From an uncultured bacterium (GTDB lineage Bacteria; Zixibacteria; MSB-5A5; UBA10806), in the NCBI GenBank assembly GCA_965541585.1, contig CBEUCH010000017.1:1-64000 (forward strand): a stretch of 64,000 nucleotides of DNA, written 5' to 3'. Shown here piece after piece: positions 17,850-27,277 of the stretch; within the stretch, counting starts at the first letter, position 1; every line of letters starts with the position of its first letter. Position numbers and translations under genes: made by a program. The notes below the pieces were generated by a model. That model did no database searches, was not told the DNA's origin, and saw only the letters and a list, made by a program, of their open reading frames with translations.

Positions 17850-20351
17850 ATGATGTCTGAAAATAATAAAGGGCCTGTGGTTTCCGGATCTTATCCGTTC
17901 AAGAAAATCGAGGCCAGGTGGCGAGAATACTGGGAACAAAATGGTCTGCATAAAACAGACCTCTCGAATTCCGCTAAAAAACTCTATTCGCTTGTGATGT
18001 TCTCATACCCGTCGGGTGAAAGGCTTCATATCGGCCACTGGTATAATTTCGGCCCGGCGGACACGTGGAGCCGTAAGAAAAAAATGGAAGGTTATAATAT
18101 ATTCGAACCAATGGGATTCGATTCTTTCGGTTTGCCCGCTGAGAACTATGCGGTCAAGACCGGGATAAATCCGGTTGTCTCCACCGCGGAGAATATAGAT
18201 ATCATACGAAAACAGCTCCGGGAAATCGGAGCCATGTATGATTGGTCCAGACAACTGGCAACCAGCGATCCCGCTTATTATAAGTGGACTCAATGGCTTT
18301 TCTTGAAATTCTTCGAACGCGGTATGGCAGTCCGCAAAGAAGCCCCGGTTAACTGGTGCCCTTCCTGCAAGACTGTTCTGGCCAATGAACAGGTCATCGA
18401 CGGTAGATGCGAGCGATGCGAGACCAGTGTAACCAGGCGAAATCTCAAGCAGTGGTTTCTAAGAATAACAGAATATGCCGACCGGCTGCTGGCCGGACTC
18501 GATAAAATCGACTGGCCCGAGAAGACGATCAGCATGCAGAGAAATTGGATCGGCCGATCCGAGGGAAGTGAAATTATCTTCAAAGAGGAAAAAACAGGGG
18601 AGAAGATCCCGGTATTTACAACTCGCACCGATACCCTGTTCGGTGTGACCTACCTTGTTCTGGCCCCGGAACATCCATTAGTTACGAATTTCACCAAGCC
18701 CGAACAAAAAAAGAGCATCAACGATTACATCGAACAGAGCCGCAGCCTCTCGGAAATCGAGCGGCTTTCAACCGCTAAAGAGAAGACCGGTGTCTTTACG
18801 GGGAGCTACTGCATAAATCCGATTAACGGCGACCGTGTCCCCATATGGATCGCGGACTATGTTCTGTTTTCATACGGTACGGGTGCCGTGATGGCGGTTC
18901 CGGGACATGATCAGCGTGATTGGGAATTCGCCACAAGATTCGGATTGGAAATCAAGCAGGTGATAAAACCCTCCAGCGAAACCGGGGCCGATCTCGATTC
19001 CGGCGCCTTTGTCGATTATGGAGTTATGGTCAACTCGGGTGAATTCGATGATCTGAGCTCCGAGGAAGGCGCCAGACGTGTAACCGAAAAACTCAAAAGC
19101 AGTAAATCAGGGGACTTTAAGATCACTTTCAAGCTGAGAGACTGGCTTATTTCACGTCAGAGGTACTGGGGCACGCCGATCCCTGTTATCAGGTGTCCAG
19201 AATGCGGCGACGTTGCGGTCCCTGAAGAAAGCCTGCCGGTGTTGTTGCCGGAGATCGACGATTTCAGACCCACGGGCGACGGTAAATCCCCGCTGGCAAA
19301 AGATTCAGGATTCTCAAATGCCAGATGCCCAAAATGCGGGGGAGAGGCCGAACGAGAAACAGATACCATGGATACTTTCGTTGATTCCTCATGGTATTTC
19401 CTGCGATATGTCGACCCTGAATACAAAGACGGCCCCTGGAACTCGAAGCTCGTAGAGGAATGGCTTCCCGTAGATATGTATATAGGCGGGGCAGAACATG
19501 CCGTGATGCATCTAATGTATGCGCGCTATTTCTGTATGTGCTTGCACGACATAGGGTTAATTTCATTCGACGAGCCTTTTTTGAAACTGCGCCACCAGGG
19601 GATCATAACCAACAGAGGAGCCAAGATCTCGAAATCCAGGGGCAACGTGGTCAATCCTGATCATTTCCTCGACCGATATGGCTCCGATACCCTTCGCATG
19701 TTTTTGATGTTCATGGGCTCTTATAAGCACGGCGGCGACTGGGATGATACTGGAATTAACGGCGTCGCCAGGTTCCTGGCCCGAGTATATCGATTGGTCA
19801 TACAGAACGCTGATGGAATCAAGGATCGTATCTCCTTATCGTATTCAGACCTGACCGATAAAGCCCCGACCTTAAACCATCGCTTGAACCTGACGATCAA
19901 ATGTGTTACCCACGATATTGGCTCGCTGGAGTTCAATACGGCTATCTCAGCCTTAATGGAGCTTGTAAACGAGCTATACCGATCTTACGAAAATGATAAG
20001 GCGGCCGGCGATCTATTCTATTTCAGCATGAAGCAACTTATCCTGACTCTCGCACCCATGGCGCCGCACCTGGCCGAGGAGTTATGGCAGGCAGTCGGTG
20101 GTAAACCGAGCATATTCGATCAGAAATGGCCTGTTCACGATGAATCCGCCTTGCTTTTAGATACAATTACGATGGTGGTCCAGATAAACGGCAAGCTTCG
20201 TGGGAGTTTCAGCGTGCCCATCGATATCAGTCAGGATGATTTCTATAATCTGGCCATGGAAGACACTACGTTATCACGGCACCTGAAAGGAAAACAGGTG
20301 CAAAAGACGATATTCATACCCGGCAAAATATTGAATATAGTGGCTAAATAG
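17850..20351 (+). CDS. leuS: Leucine--tRNA ligase
   Basis: HIGH, DWLISRQRYWG, KISKS. Confidence 0.97.
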   Translation: MMSENNKGPVVSGSYPFKKIEARWREYWEQNGLHKTDLSNSAKKLYSLVMFSYPSGERLHIGHWYNFGPADTWSRKKKMEGYNIFEPMGFDSFGLPAENYAVKTGINPVVSTAENIDIIRKQLREIGAMYDWSRQLATSDPAYYKWTQWLFLKFFERGMAVRKEAPVNWCPSCKTVLANEQVIDGRCERCETSVTRRNLKQWFLRITEYADRLLAGLDKIDWPEKTISMQRNWIGRSEGSEIIFKEEKTGEKIPVFTTRTDTLFGVTYLVLAPEHPLVTNFTKPEQKKSINDYIEQSRSLSEIERLSTAKEKTGVFTGSYCINPINGDRVPIWIADYVLFSYGTGAVMAVPGHDQRDWEFATRFGLEIKQVIKPSSETGADLDSGAFVDYGVMVNSGEFDDLSSEEGARRVTEKLKSSKSGDFKITFKLRDWLISRQRYWGTPIPVIRCPECGDVAVPEESLPVLLPEIDDFRPTGDGKSPLAKDSGFSNARCPKCGGEAERETDTMDTFVDSSWYFLRYVDPEYKDGPWNSKLVEEWLPVDMYIGGAEHAVMHLMYARYFCMCLHDIGLISFDEPFLKLRHQGIITNRGAKISKSRGNVVNPDHFLDRYGSDTLRMFLMFMGSYKHGGDWDDTGINGVARFLARVYRLVIQNADGIKDRISLSYSDLTDKAPTLNHRLNLTIKCVTHDIGSLEFNTAISALMELVNELYRSYENDKAAGDLFYFSMKQLILTLAPMAPHLAEELWQAVGGKPSIFDQKWPVHDESALLLDTITMVVQINGKLRGSFSVPIDISQDDFYNLAMEDTTLSRHLKGKQVQKTIFIPGKILNIVAK

Positions 20352-20389
20352 GGGGTCAAATGAGTGACAGGGTTAATTTACAGAAATGA

Positions 20390-20417
20390 AGTTTACATAA
20401 TATATCTTATAGGACTC
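20390..20417 (-). other. XerCD dif site (probable chromosome terminus)
   Basis: Minus strand GAGTCCTATAA-GATATA-TTATGTAAACT; right arm identical to the Bacillus/Staphylococcus dif arm; sits at the +/- gene-orientation switch. Confidence 0.8.
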
Positions 20418-20495
20418 TAAAGGCCGGTTCAAGCGCAAAAGCCGAGGCCGAAAAAAACGGCGGAAGCGGTAGGCTGGCGGAACAGCTAATTTTGA

Positions 20496-20532
20496 GGCCG
20501 CCTGGTCTCCTACAAAGGAATACCAGGCGGCC
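20496..20532. terminator. GC-rich hairpin between convergent genes
   Basis: 11-bp stem GGCCGCCTGGT/ACCAGGCGGCC; no clear U-tract. Confidence 0.5.
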
Positions 20533-20575
20533 CTCTAGGTAAGTCTATCTAATCTTAAACGTCCTTCATCCCCCT

Positions 20576-20983
20576 TTAACCTGAATCCTTGATTATCATG
20601 AGCACATATTCCCAGCCCAGATAATCCTGCAATGGGTCGTAGACATAAACTCTGCCATTCGTTAACTGCACATCCTCAATAAACTGATAAGCCCACAGGG
20701 CTGGGTCCGAGCTCATCCAAAGTTGAACTACGTCAGTATCGCTTATGTATGAACTCAGGATGTTAATCAAATTCCCCTGGTAATCAGAAATTGAAATTGT
20801 CCCGTATACGTGGATGATAACAGCTCCATCTTCCCCTGGTGGCCCTGTCGGCCCTGTTGGTCCTGTCGGTCCTTGAGGTCCGTCTGCCCCTGTCTCTCCC
20901 GCCGGTCCCGCCGGTCCTGTATCCCCCTCGCAGCCCAACGATACCAGCGCCAACAATAAAGCTAAAATAATAGATCTTTTCAT
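20576..20983 (-). CDS. Collagen-like (Gly-X-Y x12) lipoprotein
   Basis: Signal peptide MKRSIILALLLALVSLG-C, then GDTGPAGPAGETGADGPQGPTGPTGPTGPPGEDGAV; gggggtga RBS. Confidence 0.82.
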   Translation of the reverse strand: MKRSIILALLLALVSLGCEGDTGPAGPAGETGADGPQGPTGPTGPTGPPGEDGAVIIHVYGTISISDYQGNLINILSSYISDTDVVQLWMSSDPALWAYQFIEDVQLTNGRVYVYDPLQDYLGWEYVLMIIKDSG

Positions 20984-21019
20984 GAAATCACCCCCTTTCG
21001 CGTGATCTGATATATCAAT

Positions 21020-21048
21020 AAGATACAGAATTGATTTTTTTCGGTCAA
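21020..21048 (-). promoter_or_regulatory. sigma70-type promoter of the collagen-like gene
   Basis: Minus strand TTGACC-17 bp-TATCTT. Confidence 0.5.
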
Positions 21049-21060
21049 GCAAAAAAACGC

Positions 21061-21089
21061 TTGACAGATCGAGATCTCCTGTGTATAAT
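21061..21089 (+). promoter_or_regulatory. Consensus sigma70 promoter with no downstream gene
   Basis: TTGACA-17 bp-TATAAT. Confidence 0.7.
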
Positions 21090-21237
21090 CTCGGCCGACT
21101 GATTTTTGATAGCCCTTTTATTGAATTGCTGAAGGCCCTGGAACCTTCTCTCTCGAAGGAATTCCGCGGCCCGAGGCATCTAAAGAGAGAAGAGGTTGTC
21201 CTGCCAAAAAGACAGTGTTACATGTTACCGTTGCAGG

Positions 21238-21265
21238 GTTTAAGACGTATATATTATAGGACTAC
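21238..21265 (-). other. Degenerate dif-like site (intact XerC-side arm)
   Basis: Minus strand TAGTCCTATAA-TAATAT-ACGTCTTAAAC; 10 bp identical to the first site's arm, same orientation. Confidence 0.5.
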
Positions 21266-21312
21266 AAGGACTACAGGTTTTCTCTTGCGTCTCCATGCCA
21301 GTGGGCTATTAG

Positions 21313-23475
21313 TCAGACCATCCACGGAATCCTATCTGAGCCGGGTCTTGGCAGTTCAATACGCAAGGCCTCGGACGGAGGCCAAACCTCCAATAGCTTG
21401 TTATCCTCCTTAACCTCAACCCTGAAGGAAATTATTTCCTCCGGTTTCAGCTTGAATTCCATAAGCGGCAGCGAAATCTCCAATATGTCCTCGATCTGAT
21501 GTCTAAAGCCTTGAATCTCTCTGTCGTCAAGCTTCATTTTCGCGTCAGGGCCGGTTATAGAAAGCCTCCCTGCTCTTGGCTTCAAGAATTCAATTACAAA
21601 AGTGAGCCGGCGGAATCTTATAATATCTACACCAGTAGCTTTGTCGACACGAATATACAGGTTCCTCTGATCAAAGCCGAACCATATCCCGGACACTAGC
21701 ATTTCTGATTTATGCATGGTTGAGCCGGCTTTAAGACAATTGAGGAATCCGGCCTGCTGCCATTCAAAATAATGGGTCAGCATACCGTCTATGGTCGGGG
21801 TTATATACTCGATCGGGACCGTCAGGTGCTCGGGCGTAAAGCTCGACCGTATAGGCTCTAAAAGGCCGGGCGGCGGATCCCGGTCAGTAAGTTTATAAAC
21901 ATTAGCCAGATGTGATCTAAACAGGCGGTCGAAATCGTCGTTATTCGGCCCGACGTGATCATCGCCGAACCACCAGCACCAATCAGAACCCTCCGCTATA
22001 TAGATTTCCCTCCAGGCTTTCCGGAGCCCTTCCTTATCGAACTCCGGGTTGGATTTCTGGAAATTTAGAAGATCATTCCTTGCTTTCGATAGCAGATCCC
22101 AGGCTTTATTATCTTCGCGGTGCCCGATCCAGATGGCGAAATTGTGATTGATCCAGCTACCCGGATAGAGTTTTTTGAGTTGCAATGATTCCGGTTTACC
22201 GGATAGATACTGGCTGAAAGTCGTTGTCTCCAGCCAATCCGCCTCGGAAATTTTGGTATATAATATGCTCAGAAAATCATGACCATCGTTAGGATAATAC
22301 TCCCAGGCGTTTTCGCCGTCGAGAATGACCGATACAATGGGGTCTTTTATATTTTTTGAAATCAGGTTTCTGTGAATCGCATCTAACCTGGTGAGAAAAT
22401 CGTCGGCGCCCTTTTCCGGATCCCATTGTGAATAAACAAAACCGATATTATCAGAAAGCGTACGATCGCGGAAAAAGATCTTGAGCGCTGCCCCTCCCTT
22501 GCTGAGGGAATAACTCCTGTACAGATCTCCGGATTTAGCCGGTTTATCGACGCTTCCCTGCTCGCCCGGGCCGGTCAGGCTGCGGGCCAGAATCTCTTCA
22601 TCGGTGGCGATCCACTGGATTCCCTGTTCGGAGATTATAGGTATAATATCCTCGGAAACCGAGCCTTCCGACGGCCACATGCCGCTCGGCGGTTTGCCGA
22701 AAAGCTCGACGTACAGATCAACGGCCATGGCCACCTGCTTGTGGACGTCCTCCGGATGCTGAAATCTTTCCTGCGGTAACTCTGCGTCCGGTGTGGCAAC
22801 CTTTGCGACGGCAGAGTCATATAATAGGGGCATTATGGGATGAAAATAAGGACTGGTGGAGACCTCGATTTGCCCCATTTCCATCATCTCTTTCAACTCC
22901 GGGACTATCCTCCCGATAATTCTCTGATGCGCGGATAGAATTTCCCGCTTATCCTCCTCCGTGTACCTCTCCCCTTTTTCAGTTAATTCAGAAAGCCTGC
23001 CGTTCTTCTTGAATGTCGGATCGATCCATGCCAGGTTAGATAAACATTGCAGGTCGCGCCAATCGTTTTCCTCCCAGCTGTCCATGGCCCTTTTGCGATC
23101 GTCGAACAGCTGTCTATATCTGCGGTTCGGGTAGATCATGTTATCGTAATTAGCCTGAAAATGCAGATCCAGGATTCTCTGTTTATCTTCGTCTGTCAGA
23201 CCTGATGCTTTTTTCAAGCTTAATTCGAGATGCGGATCAAAAGCGACGCCTCTGGCATAGTCGTCCAGCTGCTCCAGCAGCGATGGAACCATATTGAACG
23301 TTTGTCTTATGCGGGGAAAGCTTCTGAGGATCTCCACCATGTCGAGGTAATCCTTGACGCCGTGAAGCCTGACCCACGGTAAGTGATAATAACCTGTTGA
23401 GAGGTCTTTATAAAAGGGTTGATGTTGATGCCATAGAAACGCTAATTTCAGCACAGGTTCAAGTGCCTGTATCAA
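21313..23475 (-). CDS. Glycoside hydrolase family 57 protein
   Basis: WHQHQP, WPSEG nucleophile, LDGENAW, AEGSDWCWW. Confidence 0.93.
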   Translation of the reverse strand: MIQALEPVLKLAFLWHQHQPFYKDLSTGYYHLPWVRLHGVKDYLDMVEILRSFPRIRQTFNMVPSLLEQLDDYARGVAFDPHLELSLKKASGLTDEDKQRILDLHFQANYDNMIYPNRRYRQLFDDRKRAMDSWEENDWRDLQCLSNLAWIDPTFKKNGRLSELTEKGERYTEEDKREILSAHQRIIGRIVPELKEMMEMGQIEVSTSPYFHPIMPLLYDSAVAKVATPDAELPQERFQHPEDVHKQVAMAVDLYVELFGKPPSGMWPSEGSVSEDIIPIISEQGIQWIATDEEILARSLTGPGEQGSVDKPAKSGDLYRSYSLSKGGAALKIFFRDRTLSDNIGFVYSQWDPEKGADDFLTRLDAIHRNLISKNIKDPIVSVILDGENAWEYYPNDGHDFLSILYTKISEADWLETTTFSQYLSGKPESLQLKKLYPGSWINHNFAIWIGHREDNKAWDLLSKARNDLLNFQKSNPEFDKEGLRKAWREIYIAEGSDWCWWFGDDHVGPNNDDFDRLFRSHLANVYKLTDRDPPPGLLEPIRSSFTPEHLTVPIEYITPTIDGMLTHYFEWQQAGFLNCLKAGSTMHKSEMLVSGIWFGFDQRNLYIRVDKATGVDIIRFRRLTFVIEFLKPRAGRLSITGPDAKMKLDDREIQGFRHQIEDILEISLPLMEFKLKPEEIISFRVEVKEDNKLLEVWPPSEALRIELPRPGSDRIPWMV

Positions 23476-23493
23476 TGGTTAGTATGGCTCTCG

Positions 23494-24165
23494 TCAATAC
23501 TTGATCTCCGCCAGAGATCGCCGCGCTGTATTGGCCTGCACCGAGTTCCCGTAGGAACTATCGATTTCGCTATAGGCTATTCTCGCCGATGCCGTATCCC
23601 CTGCCGCAACGAAATTTATGCCGGCCCGAAGGAGGTAACGGGGTGCCCATAGTTCATCGGGAAATATCATGGCTGCCTCCAGGTAGAGCCTTGCGGCCTC
23701 AAGCCTGTCGCCATCAATCTCCGTGCAGGAAGCGGCCCCGGCGACGGCGCTCGATAACATCATCTTATCTTTATCATATGCCGCAATGAGCCTTTCATAA
23801 TGGTCTCGGGCTTCTGTGTAATTCTTCTCCTGAAAACTGCGGTTGGCTAAGATAAAAGTCGCCCGCGCAGCCTGGTTTGTTCCGGAGTAGTTTTCGGCCA
23901 GGGATTTTAGATCGCCGAATGCTTCTTCCACCAGGCCCGCGTCGAAAGCCAGGTGGGCCCTGGCAAGAAGAGTAGCGGCCTCGTTTTTCTTCCGATCCGC
24001 GCTCCACAGCAAAAGCACCACGGCTATAAAAACAACCGCCACCGCTACCCCGCTAATCACAAAACGAGTTGGGTTTTTTTGAATATACTCACTGGCCTTG
24101 AAGACCGTGGTGACAAGCTTGTCTTCCTTGATCTGTCTTTTTGAAATCCTCTTGGCTGGACTCAT
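23494..24165 (-). CDS. Membrane-anchored TPR protein (YfgM-like)
   Basis: IKEDKLVT N-terminus, one TM helix, TPR-like helices. Confidence 0.8.
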   Translation of the reverse strand: MSPAKRISKRQIKEDKLVTTVFKASEYIQKNPTRFVISGVAVAVVFIAVVLLLWSADRKKNEAATLLARAHLAFDAGLVEEAFGDLKSLAENYSGTNQAARATFILANRSFQEKNYTEARDHYERLIAAYDKDKMMLSSAVAGAASCTEIDGDRLEAARLYLEAAMIFPDELWAPRYLLRAGINFVAAGDTASARIAYSEIDSSYGNSVQANTARRSLAEIKY

Positions 24166-24341
24166 TCCAACAACTCCTTCGCACCCGGATTCTGCTTCAA
24201 ATCCGGCTGTGCAATCTACAATTATATCGACGGATCGGCAAGCAATATTTAATTTGGGATACCGCTGTTATCTAATAAAAAAGGCGAGCTCGGTATTCAT
24301 CACAAAATCCAGGGCTCGCCTCGGAGTCAAGATCAAAATTA

Positions 24342-25688
24342 TCAGAAATACATTCCCGCCGAAATGAACAGCCGGCTGTAATCCCGCTTAATCTCAAAAT
24401 CCACCGGCGCTGTAAAAGTGACAGTGCCATTGTAGGAACTACTTCCAAACTGGTATGCCAGATCGAACCAGATCTTTTCAAAATATAAACCCGTTCCGAA
24501 CGTAATGATATTTGTCGAAATCTGATCGCCTCTTTCATCGGCCCAGGTGCTGTCTGTCGCATTAAAGGTATAAGAGGTACGCTCCTTTATCGCAGACGGT
24601 TCATTCCTGAAACCGGCTCTCACAGGGATATCTGCGAATCCGGCGTCCAGAATGTACTCGGCGCCTATCCTGAACTGGTTAACATCTTCCCATCCAAGAT
24701 TAAAGGTGGTATCGGAAATAATAATCCGCTCCCAATTAGTTTTAACGTCGACTTTTGACAGCGGACGGCTATCGAAATCAAACGCCAGGGTAAAATTCTC
24801 CACAGGCGCGATACCGATCCCCAGAGAATAGCTGAGCGGCATGTTATAGGTATAGCTCACGCGCTCAACGACACCTATCGGCGCCGGCGGAATAATGATT
24901 TGGTATGTCCATTTGGCGTCCTGTGTCAGGTCATAAGGCGTATGGACAACCGCCCCGCCTTTTATTATGCCAAAATCAGCGGAAAGACCCAAATCGAGAT
25001 TAAATCCGGAAAAGTGAGAATTGAAGTTGGTCCAGAAGTCTACCGTGTCTACGTTTTGTCCGGCTGAAATAAACTCAAAGGATGCGCCCTCAAATTCGTT
25101 TTGCTCGCTGTTGCGGATATAGAGATTGGCCGTCAGCCCTATACCAATCCCTTCTGTTATCTTGTTGGCGATCCCCATGCTTACAGCGTCGATCCCGCGA
25201 TCCTGTGAGAATGAATTTTCGGTACCGGCGAACCCCGGAGTATTGTATTCGAAAACCATATCATAGACGTTTCTATAACCACCGCCGACAGCCCATTCCC
25301 TCTCCATAAATTCGAAAGGCGCGGTAAATCCACCGAAGTTCAAGCTGAAATGCTCTCGGTTAATTTCTACAGGCTGGATGTTTGCCTCCGCGTATAATGG
25401 AGAGTATCGAGTGAATGTGCCATTGAACTTATCTCCGACGGAAACAAGCTGGACTCCGATCTTAGTCTTGTCGGTGTAAATCATGGCGGCGGGATTCCAT
25501 GAATAAGCCATCTCGCCTTCGGCGATTCCGAGGAAGGCCCCGCCCATACCTGCGGCCCTCGCTCCACCACCGGTTACGTTGAATTCCAGCCGGCTGGGAT
25601 TAATACCGACATCTTGAGCATTGGATATGGCTGACAGAAAAATCACAATTGCGATAGCCAGAAATATGCTATACCGCTTTCTCATCAT
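24342..25688 (-). CDS. Outer-membrane beta-barrel transporter (FadL/OmpP1-like)
   Basis: Signal peptide, GGGARAAGMGGAF, WNPAA, C-terminal Phe. Confidence 0.82.
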   Translation of the reverse strand: MMRKRYSIFLAIAIVIFLSAISNAQDVGINPSRLEFNVTGGGARAAGMGGAFLGIAEGEMAYSWNPAAMIYTDKTKIGVQLVSVGDKFNGTFTRYSPLYAEANIQPVEINREHFSLNFGGFTAPFEFMEREWAVGGGYRNVYDMVFEYNTPGFAGTENSFSQDRGIDAVSMGIANKITEGIGIGLTANLYIRNSEQNEFEGASFEFISAGQNVDTVDFWTNFNSHFSGFNLDLGLSADFGIIKGGAVVHTPYDLTQDAKWTYQIIIPPAPIGVVERVSYTYNMPLSYSLGIGIAPVENFTLAFDFDSRPLSKVDVKTNWERIIISDTTFNLGWEDVNQFRIGAEYILDAGFADIPVRAGFRNEPSAIKERTSYTFNATDSTWADERGDQISTNIITFGTGLYFEKIWFDLAYQFGSSSYNGTVTFTAPVDFEIKRDYSRLFISAGMYF

Positions 25689-25935
25689 TCCTCCAGAATT
25701 CGGGAAAACAATCCGTAATTATTCTCATCACAGTTCCGGGGCTTAGATAACTCCCCGTTTCGGGGATCTTCAGCTATCAAGCCCGCTTGATATACATCTC
25801 AAGCCTGCTGTTTATTCCCCAAAGCGCCCCAAATTTAATGTCTTGAGCAATCGTTTGCAAGCCTTTTTTGGCACGTGCCCGATATAAAATGCGGACCGTG
25901 GAAGATGGGGATAGTACGGTCATGCGCCATACAAA

Positions 25936-26009
25936 TACCCCCGGCCCGGCTCGAACGGGCGACCTGCGGTTTAGGAAACCGACGCTCTATCCAACTGAGC
26001 TACGGGGGC
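25936..26009 (-). tRNA. tRNA-Arg(CCT)
   Basis: Minus strand GCCCCCGTAGCTCAGTTGGATAGAGCG-TCGGT-TTCCTAA-ACCGC...GTTCGAG...CGGGGGTA. Confidence 0.94.
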
Positions 26010-26112
26010 GCATGCGGAAATATAAGCCTACTCTGAGATTTAGTCAATCACAGTTATGTCCATGAATCTGTAATGATGCCACGAACTTATACCCTGGATA
26101 CCCCGGGGGATT

Positions 26113-26595
26113 TCAGATCTTGAATGTCTCGCCCCATACGTCGGTTCCCTGATGGCACAACAGCCCGTAGCCTCTGCCCTGCCCTCGATCCTCAACGAGA
26201 CTGCCGGGATTAAAGAAAACAGTCCCTCCAAACCTGCCGTGGAAAGGATCATGCGTGTGACCGAAAAGAGCAATATCAACCCTGCCCTCGAATTCCTTTC
26301 TCACCATGTTAAGGGTCGCCCCCGGCCCTCGCCTCCCATGGATCAGGCCAATCTTCAGACCATCAAGGTCTATTATCTTCTTGGACGGGAATATTTCTCT
26401 TATCTCATGAGAATCACAGTTGCCGGAAACTGCCTCGAGCCTGGCGAGGATTTCAAGATAATGCACGACATCAAGAGAGATAAAATCACCCAGATGTATA
26501 ATAACATCCTCCCGGTTCACCTGATTGGTGAAAGAAACCGGGAGGTTTTTGCCAGACTTTAGATGTGTATCGGAGATCACCCAGATTTTGGACAA
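26113..26595 (-). CDS. Metallophosphoesterase (YfcE/MJ0936 family)
   Basis: ISDTH, HLGD, GNCD, GHTH, NPGS. Confidence 0.92.
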   Translation of the reverse strand: MSKIWVISDTHLKSGKNLPVSFTNQVNREDVIIHLGDFISLDVVHYLEILARLEAVSGNCDSHEIREIFPSKKIIDLDGLKIGLIHGRRGPGATLNMVRKEFEGRVDIALFGHTHDPFHGRFGGTVFFNPGSLVEDRGQGRGYGLLCHQGTDVWGETFKI

Positions 26596-26618
26596 AGGAT
26601 TATCCCCGCAAGGAATCG

Positions 26619-26714
26619 TTATTTATTCTTCTTCTTATGCCGATTCTTACGCAACCTTTTTTTCCGCTTATGCGTTTTTATCTTGTGTCTTTTGCGCTTT
26701 TTACCACTAGGCAT
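26619..26714 (-). CDS. Small basic protein, AURKAIP1/COX24 domain (ribosomal protein bS22-like), 31 aa
   Basis: Manual translation MPSGKKRKRHKIKTHKRKKRLRKNRHKKKNK; absent from the ORF track. Confidence 0.88.
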   Translation of the reverse strand: MPSGKKRKRHKIKTHKRKKRLRKNRHKKKNK

Positions 26715-26720
26715 TCAATC

Positions 26721-27014
26721 CTACATCTTATTGTGTTCAGAGTTCATAACCAGATTTTTGAATTCATTCGACGGCTTAAATACCGGAATTTTCCTGTCGG
26801 GAACCGGCACCACCTCCCCGGTCCTGGGGTTGCGGGCTTTGCGGGCCTTCCGGGGTTTGATCTTAAAAGTTCCAAAACCCCTAATCTCGATGTTTTTTCC
26901 GTTTTCCAGACTGTGCCTCACTGCATCCAAGAAAGTATCAACCGTGGCTGCAACATCCGTTCGCGTAAGCCCAGTTTTCTCCGCGACCTGCTCGACCAAA
27001 TCGGCTTTGGTCAT
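26721..27014 (-). CDS. hup: HU/IHF family DNA-binding protein
   Basis: MTKADLV, IRGFGTF, ARNPRTGE; aggagg RBS. Confidence 0.93.
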   Translation of the reverse strand: MTKADLVEQVAEKTGLTRTDVAATVDTFLDAVRHSLENGKNIEIRGFGTFKIKPRKARKARNPRTGEVVPVPDRKIPVFKPSNEFKNLVMNSEHNKM

Positions 27015-27052
27015 CGTGCACACCTCCTTAAGATTTGGATTACCTCTATCGT

Positions 27053-27271
27053 TTAATGACTACAACCGCTACAATTGTGGCTGGCGCACCCGCCGCAGGA
27101 TGAGCCTGCCGATGGTACAAAACGTTCGCCCGATCTCATTCCGAAGACTGAAAACTTCCTGCGAAGCTCAGCCGTACCACACCCAGGGCAACTTGGATCT
27201 TTTGAATTTGCGTAGATCAAGAGCTCAAAATCATTTCTGCAAATCAGACAGTGATACTCAAATATCGGCAT
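27053..27271 (-). CDS. FmdB family zinc-ribbon protein
   Basis: MPIFEYHCLIC...CPGCG, Cys-rich tail. Confidence 0.88.
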   Translation of the reverse strand: MPIFEYHCLICRNDFELLIYANSKDPSCPGCGTAELRRKFSVFGMRSGERFVPSAGSSCGGCASHNCSGCSH

Positions 27272-27277
27272 CTTTCT

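Noticed and set aside
21081..21413. 110-aa + strand ORF
   Set aside because: Its start lies inside the promoter, it has no RBS, it overlaps the GH57 3' end and has no recognisable features
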